DNA of 32,000 bases from Candidatus Lokiarchaeum ossiferum (GCA_025839675.1 CP104013.1:3900001-3932000); one strand, 5' to 3'. Positions 17,431 to 25,897 are shown, counted from the first letter of the stretch. The notes: generated from the sequence alone by a model not told the origin. Made by a program: numbers and translations.

Positions 17431-18165
17431 ATGAAGAATAAAGAGGTTGCTGTGGGGGATTCTTTAGAGAGTCTATTTTCACTTACTCCTTCAAATTGTA
17501 AAGAAATCGATGCAATGAATAAAAAACCACCATTTGATCAAATTATTGCTCTCACTGAAGAACAAGAAGAAAGACTGGCACTACGCCAGATTCATATATC
17601 TTCACGGGCTCTGCATAAAATGTTTTTCATGGCCAAAGAGGTCATTCGGCTTTTTAATGAACCTTTAGAAGTCTACGCTCTTGCAGTAGGGAATTCAGAA
17701 GTGATTGAAGACATATTAATTCCTCGTCAAATGTGTTCCCATACCTCAATTCATATAAATGCAAAAGATCTTCTCTCATTGATGCCAGAAATTCAAAAAC
17801 AAGATGTGAATGTATTGGGATGGACACATAGCCATGCGAATTTTAGCGTTTTTTTTTCAGGTACGGATACCCAGAATCAAAAGACAATTCTGGCTGAAAC
17901 TTCAAATTTTAGAACTCTTAATGGTTCACGGGTTAAATTCTGCTATGGGCTAACAGTAAATATTCACCAAGATGTTTTTGGGATGGTGAGTACACAATTT
18001 TCTTCGGGCAAAATCTATTCAAATCAAGCAACTCTGGAAATTCACAGTTCTCCGAATGATGGAGTTCTGTCTGACTTTGAAGAAGCCGCCCTTTCGCAAA
18101 TTCTCCGGGATCATATACATATATTGAAATCTTCATCTCAAGACTTTAAATCTGAACATTGTTAA
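17431..18165 (+). CDS. JAMM/MPN+ (JAB) metalloprotease
   Basis: 244 aa. Exact JAMM motif HSHANFSVFFSGTD (H-x-H-x7-S-x2-D, nt 17827-17868) with an upstream Glu in NEPLEVYALAVG. AAAGGA lies about 12 nt upstream of the ATG. Confidence 0.8.
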   Translation: MKNKEVAVGDSLESLFSLTPSNCKEIDAMNKKPPFDQIIALTEEQEERLALRQIHISSRALHKMFFMAKEVIRLFNEPLEVYALAVGNSEVIEDILIPRQMCSHTSIHINAKDLLSLMPEIQKQDVNVLGWTHSHANFSVFFSGTDTQNQKTILAETSNFRTLNGSRVKFCYGLTVNIHQDVFGMVSTQFSSGKIYSNQATLEIHSSPNDGVLSDFEEAALSQILRDHIHILKSSSQDFKSEHC

Positions 18166-18181
18166 TTATTAAGTGATAATT

Positions 18182-19039
18182 ATGGTAGAAATAAAATACG
18201 ATCGTCAAAGTCGCATTCCTCATTGGAATCAAACTGCTCTATCGGATGCATGTGTTGCCGTTATTGGCGCAGGTGCTTTAGGAAATCATGTATGTTTAGG
18301 TTTGATAGGGTTGGGAATTGGCACAATAAAAATCTATGATTTTGATGATATCGAAGCCCATAATTTAAACCGTCAATCTCTTTTTTGTGAAGAAGATATT
18401 GGCAAAAATAAAGCTGAAACTCTCGCATATCGCTTAGAAAAGCGGAATAGTAATTTAATGATATTAGGAATCAATGAAAAAATTGAAGAAGATACCATCG
18501 CTCCTGTCCTTCGAAAAGTTGATTTGGTCATTGATTGTGTAGATCGAATTTATGTGCGACGAATGATGAATCGTTACTGTCTCCGATCCAACATTCCATT
18601 GATCCATGGTGGAATTAGCTGGTGTGGAGGCCAAGTTGGTATATTAACCAGAACAACTCCATGCATAAATTGCATTTATCCCGAATCACTTCAAATTGAA
18701 GAATTGAAAAGTGTAACTTCTTGTATTCATAAACCAGAACCAAGTGTGGTCTATATTAGTCAAATTATCGCGGGGTTGATGGTGGAAAGTGTACGTCGTG
18801 CTTTGATGCCCTTTCCATCAGAAAAATCTCTTGGTTCTCAATTGTATAAAGTGGATTTTCGATTAGATCAACCCTTCTATTTTGAAAAAATATTTCGGAA
18901 GGTAGATTGTGAATGCACGTCAATTTTAAAACAAGTTGATCCTTCGATTCTAGAACAGGAAATGATTGAAAAGGCAAATCAGCAATCCCAAGAATCTCTT
19001 GATATTGCCAGCGCTCTTCGAGATGGGATTAGTTTCTAA
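18182..19039 (+). CDS. Compact E1-like adenylating enzyme (ThiF/MoeB/UBA family)
   Basis: KYDRQ (cf. RYSRQ), Rossmann loop VIGAGALGNH, YDFDDIEAHNLNRQ, KNKAE, DLVIDCVDR. Zinc motif CINC, then 17 residues later a lone Cys (TSCIHKPEP) at the position of the MoeB/E1 crossover-loop cysteine. A second C-x-C (DCECT). An alternative GTG start at 18173 would add 3 residues. Confidence 0.85.
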   Translation: MVEIKYDRQSRIPHWNQTALSDACVAVIGAGALGNHVCLGLIGLGIGTIKIYDFDDIEAHNLNRQSLFCEEDIGKNKAETLAYRLEKRNSNLMILGINEKIEEDTIAPVLRKVDLVIDCVDRIYVRRMMNRYCLRSNIPLIHGGISWCGGQVGILTRTTPCINCIYPESLQIEELKSVTSCIHKPEPSVVYISQIIAGLMVESVRRALMPFPSEKSLGSQLYKVDFRLDQPFYFEKIFRKVDCECTSILKQVDPSILEQEMIEKANQQSQESLDIASALRDGISF

Positions 19040-19074
19040 ATAAATGTAGATGCTCACCAAAAAATGTGAATATT

Positions 19075-19932
19075 ATGGATGAAGAATTAAAACGTGCCAT
19101 GGAAAAGGGTGAAATTTTAACCCTTGGAGAGATTACTCCAAAAGTCCCCGTCGATGTTACCTCCGAAATCTTAAAAGACTTAGATTTATCTCATCAGAAA
19201 ATTCGATATAATTTTCCTATTGGCATTGATTTTTCTAAGCATATTTCTCCCGCTATATATTTTCCAAGCATGGAGATTCTCAAAAAAATCTTAGAAATTC
19301 CCTTCCTAACTACCGAAGATCACTATAATTTGGAGTCACTTTTGTTACTGTTGAGCCAAGGAAAGATAAATCGGTATCGCACTACTTTGCTTTCAATGCA
19401 TTCTTCTGAAAAACAAATTGCTCCTCAGACTCCTGGCCTTCCTGATCAACAAAAGAGTTTAATTCATTTATTGGTTTTTCTATTATCGCTATCCTCTTCT
19501 GTTGAAGAAAAATGGCTCTCAAAGGATGGATTAGACCTTTATTTCCAAAAGAAGGAAAAAAAAAGTGCACAGAATAATCATGCACGTAGGTTAGAAATTT
19601 CAAGAAGTAAATTAACACTTCTTCAATATACCATTAATATTATCCTAAGAGAAATCTTAAAGATGCCTTTAAACCCATCTCAGATTGAAATTTGGGTCGA
19701 TATTAAGAATAAAATTCTTTCGCATTTCTATTCTAAAGCAGAAATACTAGTCTGCGATCTATTAGACTCTTCAGTTCGTCCCCATTTTACTGTTTTATCT
19801 GCTTTGGTCAAAAATATGTCTAATTCTTCCGAAACGAATCAAGTAAATGATCAAAATCCAACACATATTAAAACTGCTGTGAAATTTTTCCTTCCTGAAA
19901 TTTTTAAATGTCTAAATTATTTAATCCAATAA
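19075..19932 (+). CDS. Orphan, apparently all-helical protein; fourth gene of the E2/JAMM/E1 operon
   Basis: 285 aa from the ATG (GTG 19066 is an alternative). Same strand, about 35 nt after the E1-like stop. No catalytic or metal-binding motif recognised, few Cys, no C-terminal Gly-Gly. Confidence 0.5.
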   Translation: MDEELKRAMEKGEILTLGEITPKVPVDVTSEILKDLDLSHQKIRYNFPIGIDFSKHISPAIYFPSMEILKKILEIPFLTTEDHYNLESLLLLLSQGKINRYRTTLLSMHSSEKQIAPQTPGLPDQQKSLIHLLVFLLSLSSSVEEKWLSKDGLDLYFQKKEKKSAQNNHARRLEISRSKLTLLQYTINIILREILKMPLNPSQIEIWVDIKNKILSHFYSKAEILVCDLLDSSVRPHFTVLSALVKNMSNSSETNQVNDQNPTHIKTAVKFFLPEIFKCLNYLIQ

Positions 19933-19940
19933 ATCCACCC

Positions 19941-20894
19941 TTATTCTTCTCTATTTTTTGAAGAAGTGAGTTTTTTTGTAATATTCTTGAATGGGTCTGC
20001 TTCATTATTTTGAACCTCACTTTTAAAGGGTGTATTTTCGGGTTCTTGGGAGGAAGAGGGTTGTATTTTAGTCTTCTCATCCCTTATCCAGAAGGTTTTA
20101 ATAGAATTATCATCTGGATATTGAACTGCTTGGGGGTTAGAAGGCATAATTGTTTTACTTTCGGATGATGCAGGTGTAAGATTTTTAGGGCGAAATGTTT
20201 TTTCAAAAGGAGATGCTATATCATTGGGTTTGAAGAGTGTTGCGGAATCCGGAGAAGGATGAATTGTCGCTGTTGTGCGTGGTTTAGCTTGATCAAAGGG
20301 ATTTTCTTCCGATGAGAGGGATGTAAATTCTGATTTTGCAAAAGGATTAATGGGTACATCAAATTGGGGTTTGATCGTTTTATTGCTTGCTAGGGGAGAA
20401 AATGGTGTGTCAGTGCTGGAAAACTCTTTGGGCATGATTGTTTGGCTTGTATCTTCCTTCTTTTTTGGAAGTGCTGCTGCAAGATCCGCAATTTTCTTTA
20501 GTGACTCCCGAATTTGGGAAGAAACCCACGATTTTATATAGTGGCGATCTGGATGGTCTGAAATTGCTTTGGTTGTGGCAATTATTTCTTCATACGCGTC
20601 TTCAATTTTCCCCCGAGAAATCAAATTCCAGACATCTTCATCCCGATTTAAAAATTGTATATTAATATTACATTCTCTCAACAGTTCCACTCGTTGGTTA
20701 TCAAATTCCATCAAAACTGGATGTTGCTTGATTTTTGTGTAGAGTTTGATGAGTTCTACTTTAGTTTTATCAAATTCACTTTTTGTATTGATATATGAGA
20801 TACGACTGGCCAGACGATTTAGTGCAGAATGCATTTCATGGCCACTGACTATTGCTTTTTCTTTTCTCTTCTTTGACAAAACTAGCACCAACAT
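19941..20894 (-). CDS. Hypothetical protein: N-terminal helical domain plus long disordered Ser/Pro/Thr/Lys tail with six xPF motifs
   Basis: 317-aa ORF with ATG start, convergent with the operon (8-nt gap between stops). The tail contains DTPF, INPF, ENPF, ASPF, NTPF and ADPF. Confidence 0.55.
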   Translation of the reverse strand: MLVLVLSKKRKEKAIVSGHEMHSALNRLASRISYINTKSEFDKTKVELIKLYTKIKQHPVLMEFDNQRVELLRECNINIQFLNRDEDVWNLISRGKIEDAYEEIIATTKAISDHPDRHYIKSWVSSQIRESLKKIADLAAALPKKKEDTSQTIMPKEFSSTDTPFSPLASNKTIKPQFDVPINPFAKSEFTSLSSEENPFDQAKPRTTATIHPSPDSATLFKPNDIASPFEKTFRPKNLTPASSESKTIMPSNPQAVQYPDDNSIKTFWIRDEKTKIQPSSSQEPENTPFKSEVQNNEADPFKNITKKLTSSKNREE

Positions 20895-21073
20895 TTATTG
20901 TTTTTTAGTACACCTATAACACGGATCATTATATTTATTTCTATAGTACTACCATCACTACCCGCTTCGGAGTTACAAATTGATTCTCAAACGAAACGTT
21001 TTCCTCAGCGCGAAATTTACGAAAAAGAGAAATCAATTAAAATTAAAAAAAACTTGAAAAATTCATCGCTATA

Positions 21074-21331
21074 TTATTTCTCTTCAGCATATTTCTTTTC
21101 GGAAATGATGCCAACAAAAATCCCTAAGGCAATAAAAACACCCATTATAATAAAGGCCATTATGTAGGAATTTGACGGGAGAAAGCTTAAGAACGCATCT
21201 GATAGCCCCGCAAATATCTCTCCAAGTTGAATATAGATTGGTAAGACAAATGTTATTACTAATACGACGTAGGGATTTATTGGGGCTAAAAAGGCTCCAA
21301 TTTGTGAAATTATTTCGGTTAAGTTCGCCAT
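21074..21331 (-). CDS. Small membrane protein (2-3 TM), third gene of a membrane-protein operon
   Basis: 85 aa from ATG 21331 (MANLTEIISQIG...). That ATG lies 1 nt after the upstream gene's TAA and is preceded by GGAGGG at -14 to -9. The track ORF starts further upstream, inside the preceding gene. Confidence 0.5.
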   Translation of the reverse strand: MANLTEIISQIGAFLAPINPYVVLVITFVLPIYIQLGEIFAGLSDAFLSFLPSNSYIMAFIIMGVFIALGIFVGIISEKKYAEEK

Positions 21332-21332
21332 C

Positions 21333-21869
21333 TTAGAATCCCTCCGCTTCACTACTATAAGTTGTACTATAAGCATCGGCTTCTGCCTTAATTTTCGGTT
21401 CTTTTTCTTTTTCAGGTATGAAAGTAATCAAGAAATCTAATACTGTGATTGCAATATCAAAAATGACTGCTCCCATCATACCCCAGAAAAGTACTTCTAG
21501 ATTAATGTTCAATGCGAGTGAAGATTCTGTCAAAATTGCCAAAGTTACATCAATACTTGTAAAATCTACAAAGATGAATGCTCCTAAGTAAATAATCTTG
21601 AATATTACTTTTATCAATTGCCAAAAGGGTTTCATTGTTGATTTCTCATGAGCCATCTTATGAGCAAAGGTCACTCCTAACAACATATAACCAAGAGATT
21701 TAACATAAAATACCAGTTGTTCCCAATCTGTAATTTCTACTAATAAACCTCCCCAAGATAAATCTGTACTTCCATAATTAGTTAATAAATAATCAGGGAG
21801 ATAGATGTACAGAAAATATACTCCAGTTGAAGAGAGTAATGCCATTATAATTCGACCAATTAGCTTCAT
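21333..21869 (-). CDS. Polytopic membrane protein (about 5 TM), hypothetical
   Basis: 178 aa from ATG 21869 (MKLIGRIIMALLSS...). That ATG lies 1 nt after the upstream TAA. Ends ...SSEAEGF. Confidence 0.55.
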   Translation of the reverse strand: MKLIGRIIMALLSSTGVYFLYIYLPDYLLTNYGSTDLSWGGLLVEITDWEQLVFYVKSLGYMLLGVTFAHKMAHEKSTMKPFWQLIKVIFKIIYLGAFIFVDFTSIDVTLAILTESSLALNINLEVLFWGMMGAVIFDIAITVLDFLITFIPEKEKEPKIKAEADAYSTTYSSEAEGF

Positions 21870-21870
21870 T

Positions 21871-22461
21871 TTAGAATCCCTTCTCCACATCTTCACCGAT
21901 GACTAGTATTTCAAACTTAAGACCAAATTGATCCAAGGCATAGGAAATTGTAAAAGTTAAAGTCATCCGGGCTTCAAATCCGACATCAAATAAATCTGCG
22001 ACATCCCATGGGGCCGTTAAATTGAATAATTCGCCAATTTCGGTTGTATTAAGTGCAAATAAGTCCATGTCTGCACTCACTTCAATTCTTAATGATTCGC
22101 CAACTGCAATTGTATCACCCGTTGCGGGTATAGGGGTTGCGGAATCCATTTCTGTAGAATTGCGGTCTAAAACCGTTTCCCATGCTGATTCATTGTCTAT
22201 CCGCAATTCAAACTTGACTCCTAAGAGTACATCATTGATTGGGTATATTCCATTATTTTCCAGGTTTAATCCCACTTCTACGTGCAAGTCATCATATTTA
22301 ATCCGAAAATCATCGGGATCAATATCTTGAATTTGGACACCCCCATCTGCTAAATCCATCGCTCCAAATATCCCATTTACTGAATTTAATACAAATGCGA
22401 GCATTACTAAAAGTGAGAGTGCTTTAACACTCCCACGAATAATTTTTAATACGTGTGCCAT
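21871..22461 (-). CDS. Signal/TM-anchored extracytoplasmic beta-rich protein (LEA_2/WHy-like pattern)
   Basis: 196 aa from ATG 22461, preceded by AAGGAGAG. N-terminal hydrophobic ALSLLVMLAFVLNSVNG. VEVGLNLENNGIYPINDVLLGVKFELRIDN resembles LEA14-type strands. Ends ...EDVEKGF. Confidence 0.55.
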   Translation of the reverse strand: MAHVLKIIRGSVKALSLLVMLAFVLNSVNGIFGAMDLADGGVQIQDIDPDDFRIKYDDLHVEVGLNLENNGIYPINDVLLGVKFELRIDNESAWETVLDRNSTEMDSATPIPATGDTIAVGESLRIEVSADMDLFALNTTEIGELFNLTAPWDVADLFDVGFEARMTLTFTISYALDQFGLKFEILVIGEDVEKGF

Positions 22462-22897
22462 TTTTCTCTCCTTGTTTTGTTTGAAGGAAGTTAATACACT
22501 TTTGACCATTTTGCCATTAATAATTTTGGTTTATGCTTTAAAGGATAATTTGTTTTTGCATAATTAGTCTATAAGTTGTGTAAAACGCATTTGATATTTT
22601 CAAAGGAAAAATCTTCAATCCCTTCTAGAATACCCCTTTCCTTCATCTGTTCTTTCTTCTTTAATTATTTAACAATATTCCATATTTCGCCTTTGAGATG
22701 CTAATCAGAATTAATTGTTTTATAATTACTCGTAATATTTTTCCGGAAAATGTAGTAATGGTCAATTTCTGGGTCTAGATTTGCAGATTAGTGCAAAACA
22801 ATATTTAGTATGAATAATAATTCTTGAAAATTACGTTCTCCTATTTCTTTTAACTCCCAATCTTATAAATTAGTTAAAAAAAAGAAATTGAAAATGG

Positions 22898-23797
22898 TTA
22901 GGAAAAAGAAAAAATCCACAAATTTGTATCATATGAGAAAACTATTAGGGAGCCATCCGCTGACCAGTCAGGAAATCGACAATCCCCAATATCTGTGAGT
23001 AAAGAAACTTTTTCAGAAGTCAAATTCTTAATAGCAATACTTGATATTCCATCATCAAATAAATGATATATGATTTGAGTGCCATCGTTTGACCATCTCG
23101 CCCAACTTTCTTTATCATTACTATTTCCTTTTGCCAAAAATTTCAAGTTACTTCCATCAACATTAATGGAGTAAATATCTTTGGCGGCATTTTCTTTAGA
23201 GAACAGAATTTGAGTATCATCATGATTCCAAGTTGGATTAACTGCTTCGTCTGCGTTAGGTACTAATTTCGCATCCCCACCTGACACAGGTTGAATATAT
23301 AATTGCAAATAACTAGCATATACGATGTTTTGTCCATCATGGGACCAATCTGGACGAAAAGCATTACCACTCAAAGATGAAAATCTCACAATTTCTCCCG
23401 TAGCAATAGTTAAAATGTATATATAGGATGTTGAATCTGCAGTTGCTCGGGCATCAAAGGCTATTTGTGTATCATCTGGACTCCAAGTGCTGCTAAAATC
23501 CCCTGTCATCGTTGATACTACCGTCGTCAAATTTCCATCGGGAATTGAATAGATATTTAGACTCATTTTTGAAGTAGTGGGATTATATCGGGCGAAACAA
23601 ACCTTATTTCCATCATTTGAAATACTTGAATGAAAATCCCAACCGGACCCTGAATTGGTAATTTGTAAAAAATCTTCTAATCCATATTGGGACGATTGAG
23701 GCGCCCTATTAGTAAAAATTAGACCTCCGACAATTAATACTGATAACAAGCTTATGATTGATATTGCAATTCCAATTTTTTTTTTTACTTTTTGCAT
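22898..23797 (-). CDS. TolB-like PD40 beta-propeller repeat protein with N-terminal signal/anchor
   Basis: 299 aa. N-terminal MQKVKKKIGIAISIISLLSVLIVGG. Repeated PD40-type units: WSPDDTQIAF, PDWSHDGQNIVY, PTWNHDDTQILF, WSNDGTQIIY, PDWSADGSLIVF. Confidence 0.75.
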   Translation of the reverse strand: MQKVKKKIGIAISIISLLSVLIVGGLIFTNRAPQSSQYGLEDFLQITNSGSGWDFHSSISNDGNKVCFARYNPTTSKMSLNIYSIPDGNLTTVVSTMTGDFSSTWSPDDTQIAFDARATADSTSYIYILTIATGEIVRFSSLSGNAFRPDWSHDGQNIVYASYLQLYIQPVSGGDAKLVPNADEAVNPTWNHDDTQILFSKENAAKDIYSINVDGSNLKFLAKGNSNDKESWARWSNDGTQIIYHLFDDGISSIAIKNLTSEKVSLLTDIGDCRFPDWSADGSLIVFSYDTNLWIFSFS

Positions 23798-23955
23798 TTT
23801 TCTCTCGGTGCTTTTTTTTTAATGAAGTCAAACAGGTATTACATCGCTCCATTATTATCAGAAATTATGTTTTGTTACTTAAAAATTTCCAATAGAGGAC
23901 ACAATTTTTAGTACTAAATTCTTTGAACAAAATATAAAGGTAATCTATACAGTAA

Positions 23956-24504
23956 TCAACTGATCAAAGCGAGTACTCGGTCAACTTTCTCTTCCAATTC
24001 AAAATTGCCTTCTAACTTCAAAATTTTGCATGATAGTTTCTTTAACCATCCATCATGCAACATTTTACTTCGTGTGTTCATGTCTCCCTCATCATATCCT
24101 CTCGCCCAGTTCAGAAATTCTTGGGATTTTTCATACATTGTCCCCCCGGATTCAATTCTATCTCCATAACGTTGTTTCTCTCTCTCTGCTAACCTTACCA
24201 TACGTATTTTGGGAGGAATCCACAGGTAAATTACCAAATCGAAATATGAGATTAGCATATCTCCCCACCCGCACAATGATCCCGATAGCGTCCACGATTC
24301 ATGCTTGGATAAATCCTTTTTTAACATCTCTTGTCTGGCTTGTAGCTTTCGTTTAATACGAAAAGGGGGCGTAGTTGGAATCCAATAGTAATTATCTGTA
24401 TCAAAATGATGCCAGTCTAATCGTTTTGCTATGGCTTGTGCTAAGGTCGTCGTACCAGACCCGGAAGCCCCAACAATGTGAATTCGATTTATTCGTTGTT
24501 TCAT
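23956..24504 (-). CDS. P-loop NTPase, adenylate-kinase / topology-modulation-protein-like small kinase
   Basis: 182 aa. Walker A IVGASGSGTTTLA right at the N-terminus. The size and the FDTDNYYW motif are typical of the AAA_17/FlaR-like kinase group. Confidence 0.7.
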   Translation of the reverse strand: MKQRINRIHIVGASGSGTTTLAQAIAKRLDWHHFDTDNYYWIPTTPPFRIKRKLQARQEMLKKDLSKHESWTLSGSLCGWGDMLISYFDLVIYLWIPPKIRMVRLAEREKQRYGDRIESGGTMYEKSQEFLNWARGYDEGDMNTRSKMLHDGWLKKLSCKILKLEGNFELEEKVDRVLALIS

Positions 24505-24715
24505 TTCCTAAAGTCATTTCTTTTAATTGTCAAATAAAAAATTAATCTTCCCTCTCCTCCCCTTATAAAGTAGACAAAAAAATCTCCCCCGAACTCTAAA
24601 AAAAAATGTCGACCTTTTAATTCTGTCTGGGTTTCACTAAAATCATAGGTTCACAATCTAAATTTTTTTAAGTCATAAGACTAGAGATAAATGTAAGATA
24701 ATCGTTTTGTAGGGA

Positions 24716-24723
24716 TTATAAAA
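24716..24723 (+). promoter_or_regulatory. TATA-box-like element (TTATAAAA) upstream of the actin gene
   Basis: Centred about 27 nt upstream of ATG 24747. Archaeal TATA boxes sit about 26-27 nt upstream of the transcription start, so this would imply a leaderless or very short-leader mRNA. Not experimentally anchored. Confidence 0.35.
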
Positions 24724-24746
24724 AAAAATTTTTCCGTGAAAATAAT

Positions 24747-25892
24747 ATGAGCGACGATATGGACTGGTTAGCAGCTAAACCGTTAGTGGTTGATAACGGT
24801 ACTGGTATTTCAAAAAATGGATTTGCAGGAGAAGATCAGCCTCGATCCGTATTTCCAACTTTAATTGGATATCCAAAATACACATCTATCATGACAGATG
24901 TAGAACACTACACTCGGGAATATTATATTGGGGAAGAAGCACTCCAACTCAAAGGAGTCCTCAAACTTATGTTTCCAGTAGAACACGGAGTCATCGAAGA
25001 CTGGATGGCTATGGAAAAAATCTGGCATTACACTTTCTATACAGACTTACGAGTCGATCCAAGCGAACATCCGGTTTTACTTACTGAGGCACCTCTTAAC
25101 CCTCGTCCAAATCGGGAAAAGATGGCCGAAATTATGTTCGAAACCTTCAATGTGCCCGCACTGTATGTGGCTATGCAAGCAGTATTGTCTTTGTATGCTT
25201 CTGGTCGAACTACAGGGTGTGTTATTGATATTGGGGATGGGGTATCGCACGTTGTCCCAATTTATGAAGGATTTGCACTTTCCCATGCAATCTCTCGGTT
25301 AGATTTAGCCGGGCGAGATATTACCACTTACTTACAAAGATTGCTTCGACAAAAAGGATTCACGTTCACAACATCCGCAGAAAAACAAATTGTCCGAGAT
25401 ATCAAGGAAAAACTCTGTTATGTAGCTTTAGATCCTGAAAAAGAAATTATGTTATCCAAGAAAGTAGCAGGGATGGAAAAAGTGTACATGATGCCTGATG
25501 GGGAAACCATTACCGTATCTGTGGAACGTTTCTTAGCGCCAGAATGTTTCTTCAACCCAAGTGTTATTGGAAAAGAGTTGGAACCTTTGGATGATGTGAT
25601 TTGCACCGCAATTAAAGCCTGTGATGTAGATTTACGACGAGATTTGTATGGTAACATTGTGTTATCCGGGGGATCTACGATGTATCCTGGCTTGAAAGAA
25701 CGGTTAACCAAAGAAATCAAAGAGCAAATCCCCGAAAGTGTGGATGTCAAGATCATTGCCCCCCCAGAACGGATGTATTCCGTATGGATTGGTGGCTCTA
25801 TCTTGTCTTCGTTGAAGACATTCCAACGTATGTGGGTCACTCGACGCGAATACAAGGAAATGGGTCCACAAGTTATCCACCGCTGCTTCTAA
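24747..25892 (+). CDS. Actin (Asgard lokiactin-type, eukaryote-like conventional actin homolog)
   Basis: 381 aa. Long blocks are identical or near-identical to eukaryotic actin as I remember it: [135 protein letters not shown], and the terminal IHRCF (cf. VHRKCF). Confidence 0.95.
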   Translation: MSDDMDWLAAKPLVVDNGTGISKNGFAGEDQPRSVFPTLIGYPKYTSIMTDVEHYTREYYIGEEALQLKGVLKLMFPVEHGVIEDWMAMEKIWHYTFYTDLRVDPSEHPVLLTEAPLNPRPNREKMAEIMFETFNVPALYVAMQAVLSLYASGRTTGCVIDIGDGVSHVVPIYEGFALSHAISRLDLAGRDITTYLQRLLRQKGFTFTTSAEKQIVRDIKEKLCYVALDPEKEIMLSKKVAGMEKVYMMPDGETITVSVERFLAPECFFNPSVIGKELEPLDDVICTAIKACDVDLRRDLYGNIVLSGGSTMYPGLKERLTKEIKEQIPESVDVKIIAPPERMYSVWIGGSILSSLKTFQRMWVTRREYKEMGPQVIHRCF

Positions 25893-25897
25893 GGCAG

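Noticed and set aside
18182-19039. Reading the E1-like gene as an ordinary MoeB/ThiF sulfur-carrier adenylase for molybdopterin or thiamine synthesis
   Set aside because: No MoaD/ThiS-like small beta-grasp gene, MoaE, ThiG or other pathway gene is adjacent. Instead the gene is sandwiched in an operon with a JAMM protease and an E2-like protein. This remains the main alternative and is listed as a refutation test.
20898-21167. 89-aa plus-strand ORF, together with 28746-28952(+), 24030-24356(+), 25418-25855(-) and other antisense ORFs
   Set aside because: They overlap stronger genes on the opposite strand (the small membrane protein, the TIR-like gene, the P-loop kinase, actin) and lack any recognisable features.
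24747-25892. Possibility that the actin gene is eukaryotic contamination or an assembly chimera
   Set aside because: The gene is intronless. It has the same AT-rich composition and poly-T terminator style as its neighbours and an archaeal-type TATA box at the expected distance. It is flanked on both sides by prokaryote-type genes on the same contig.
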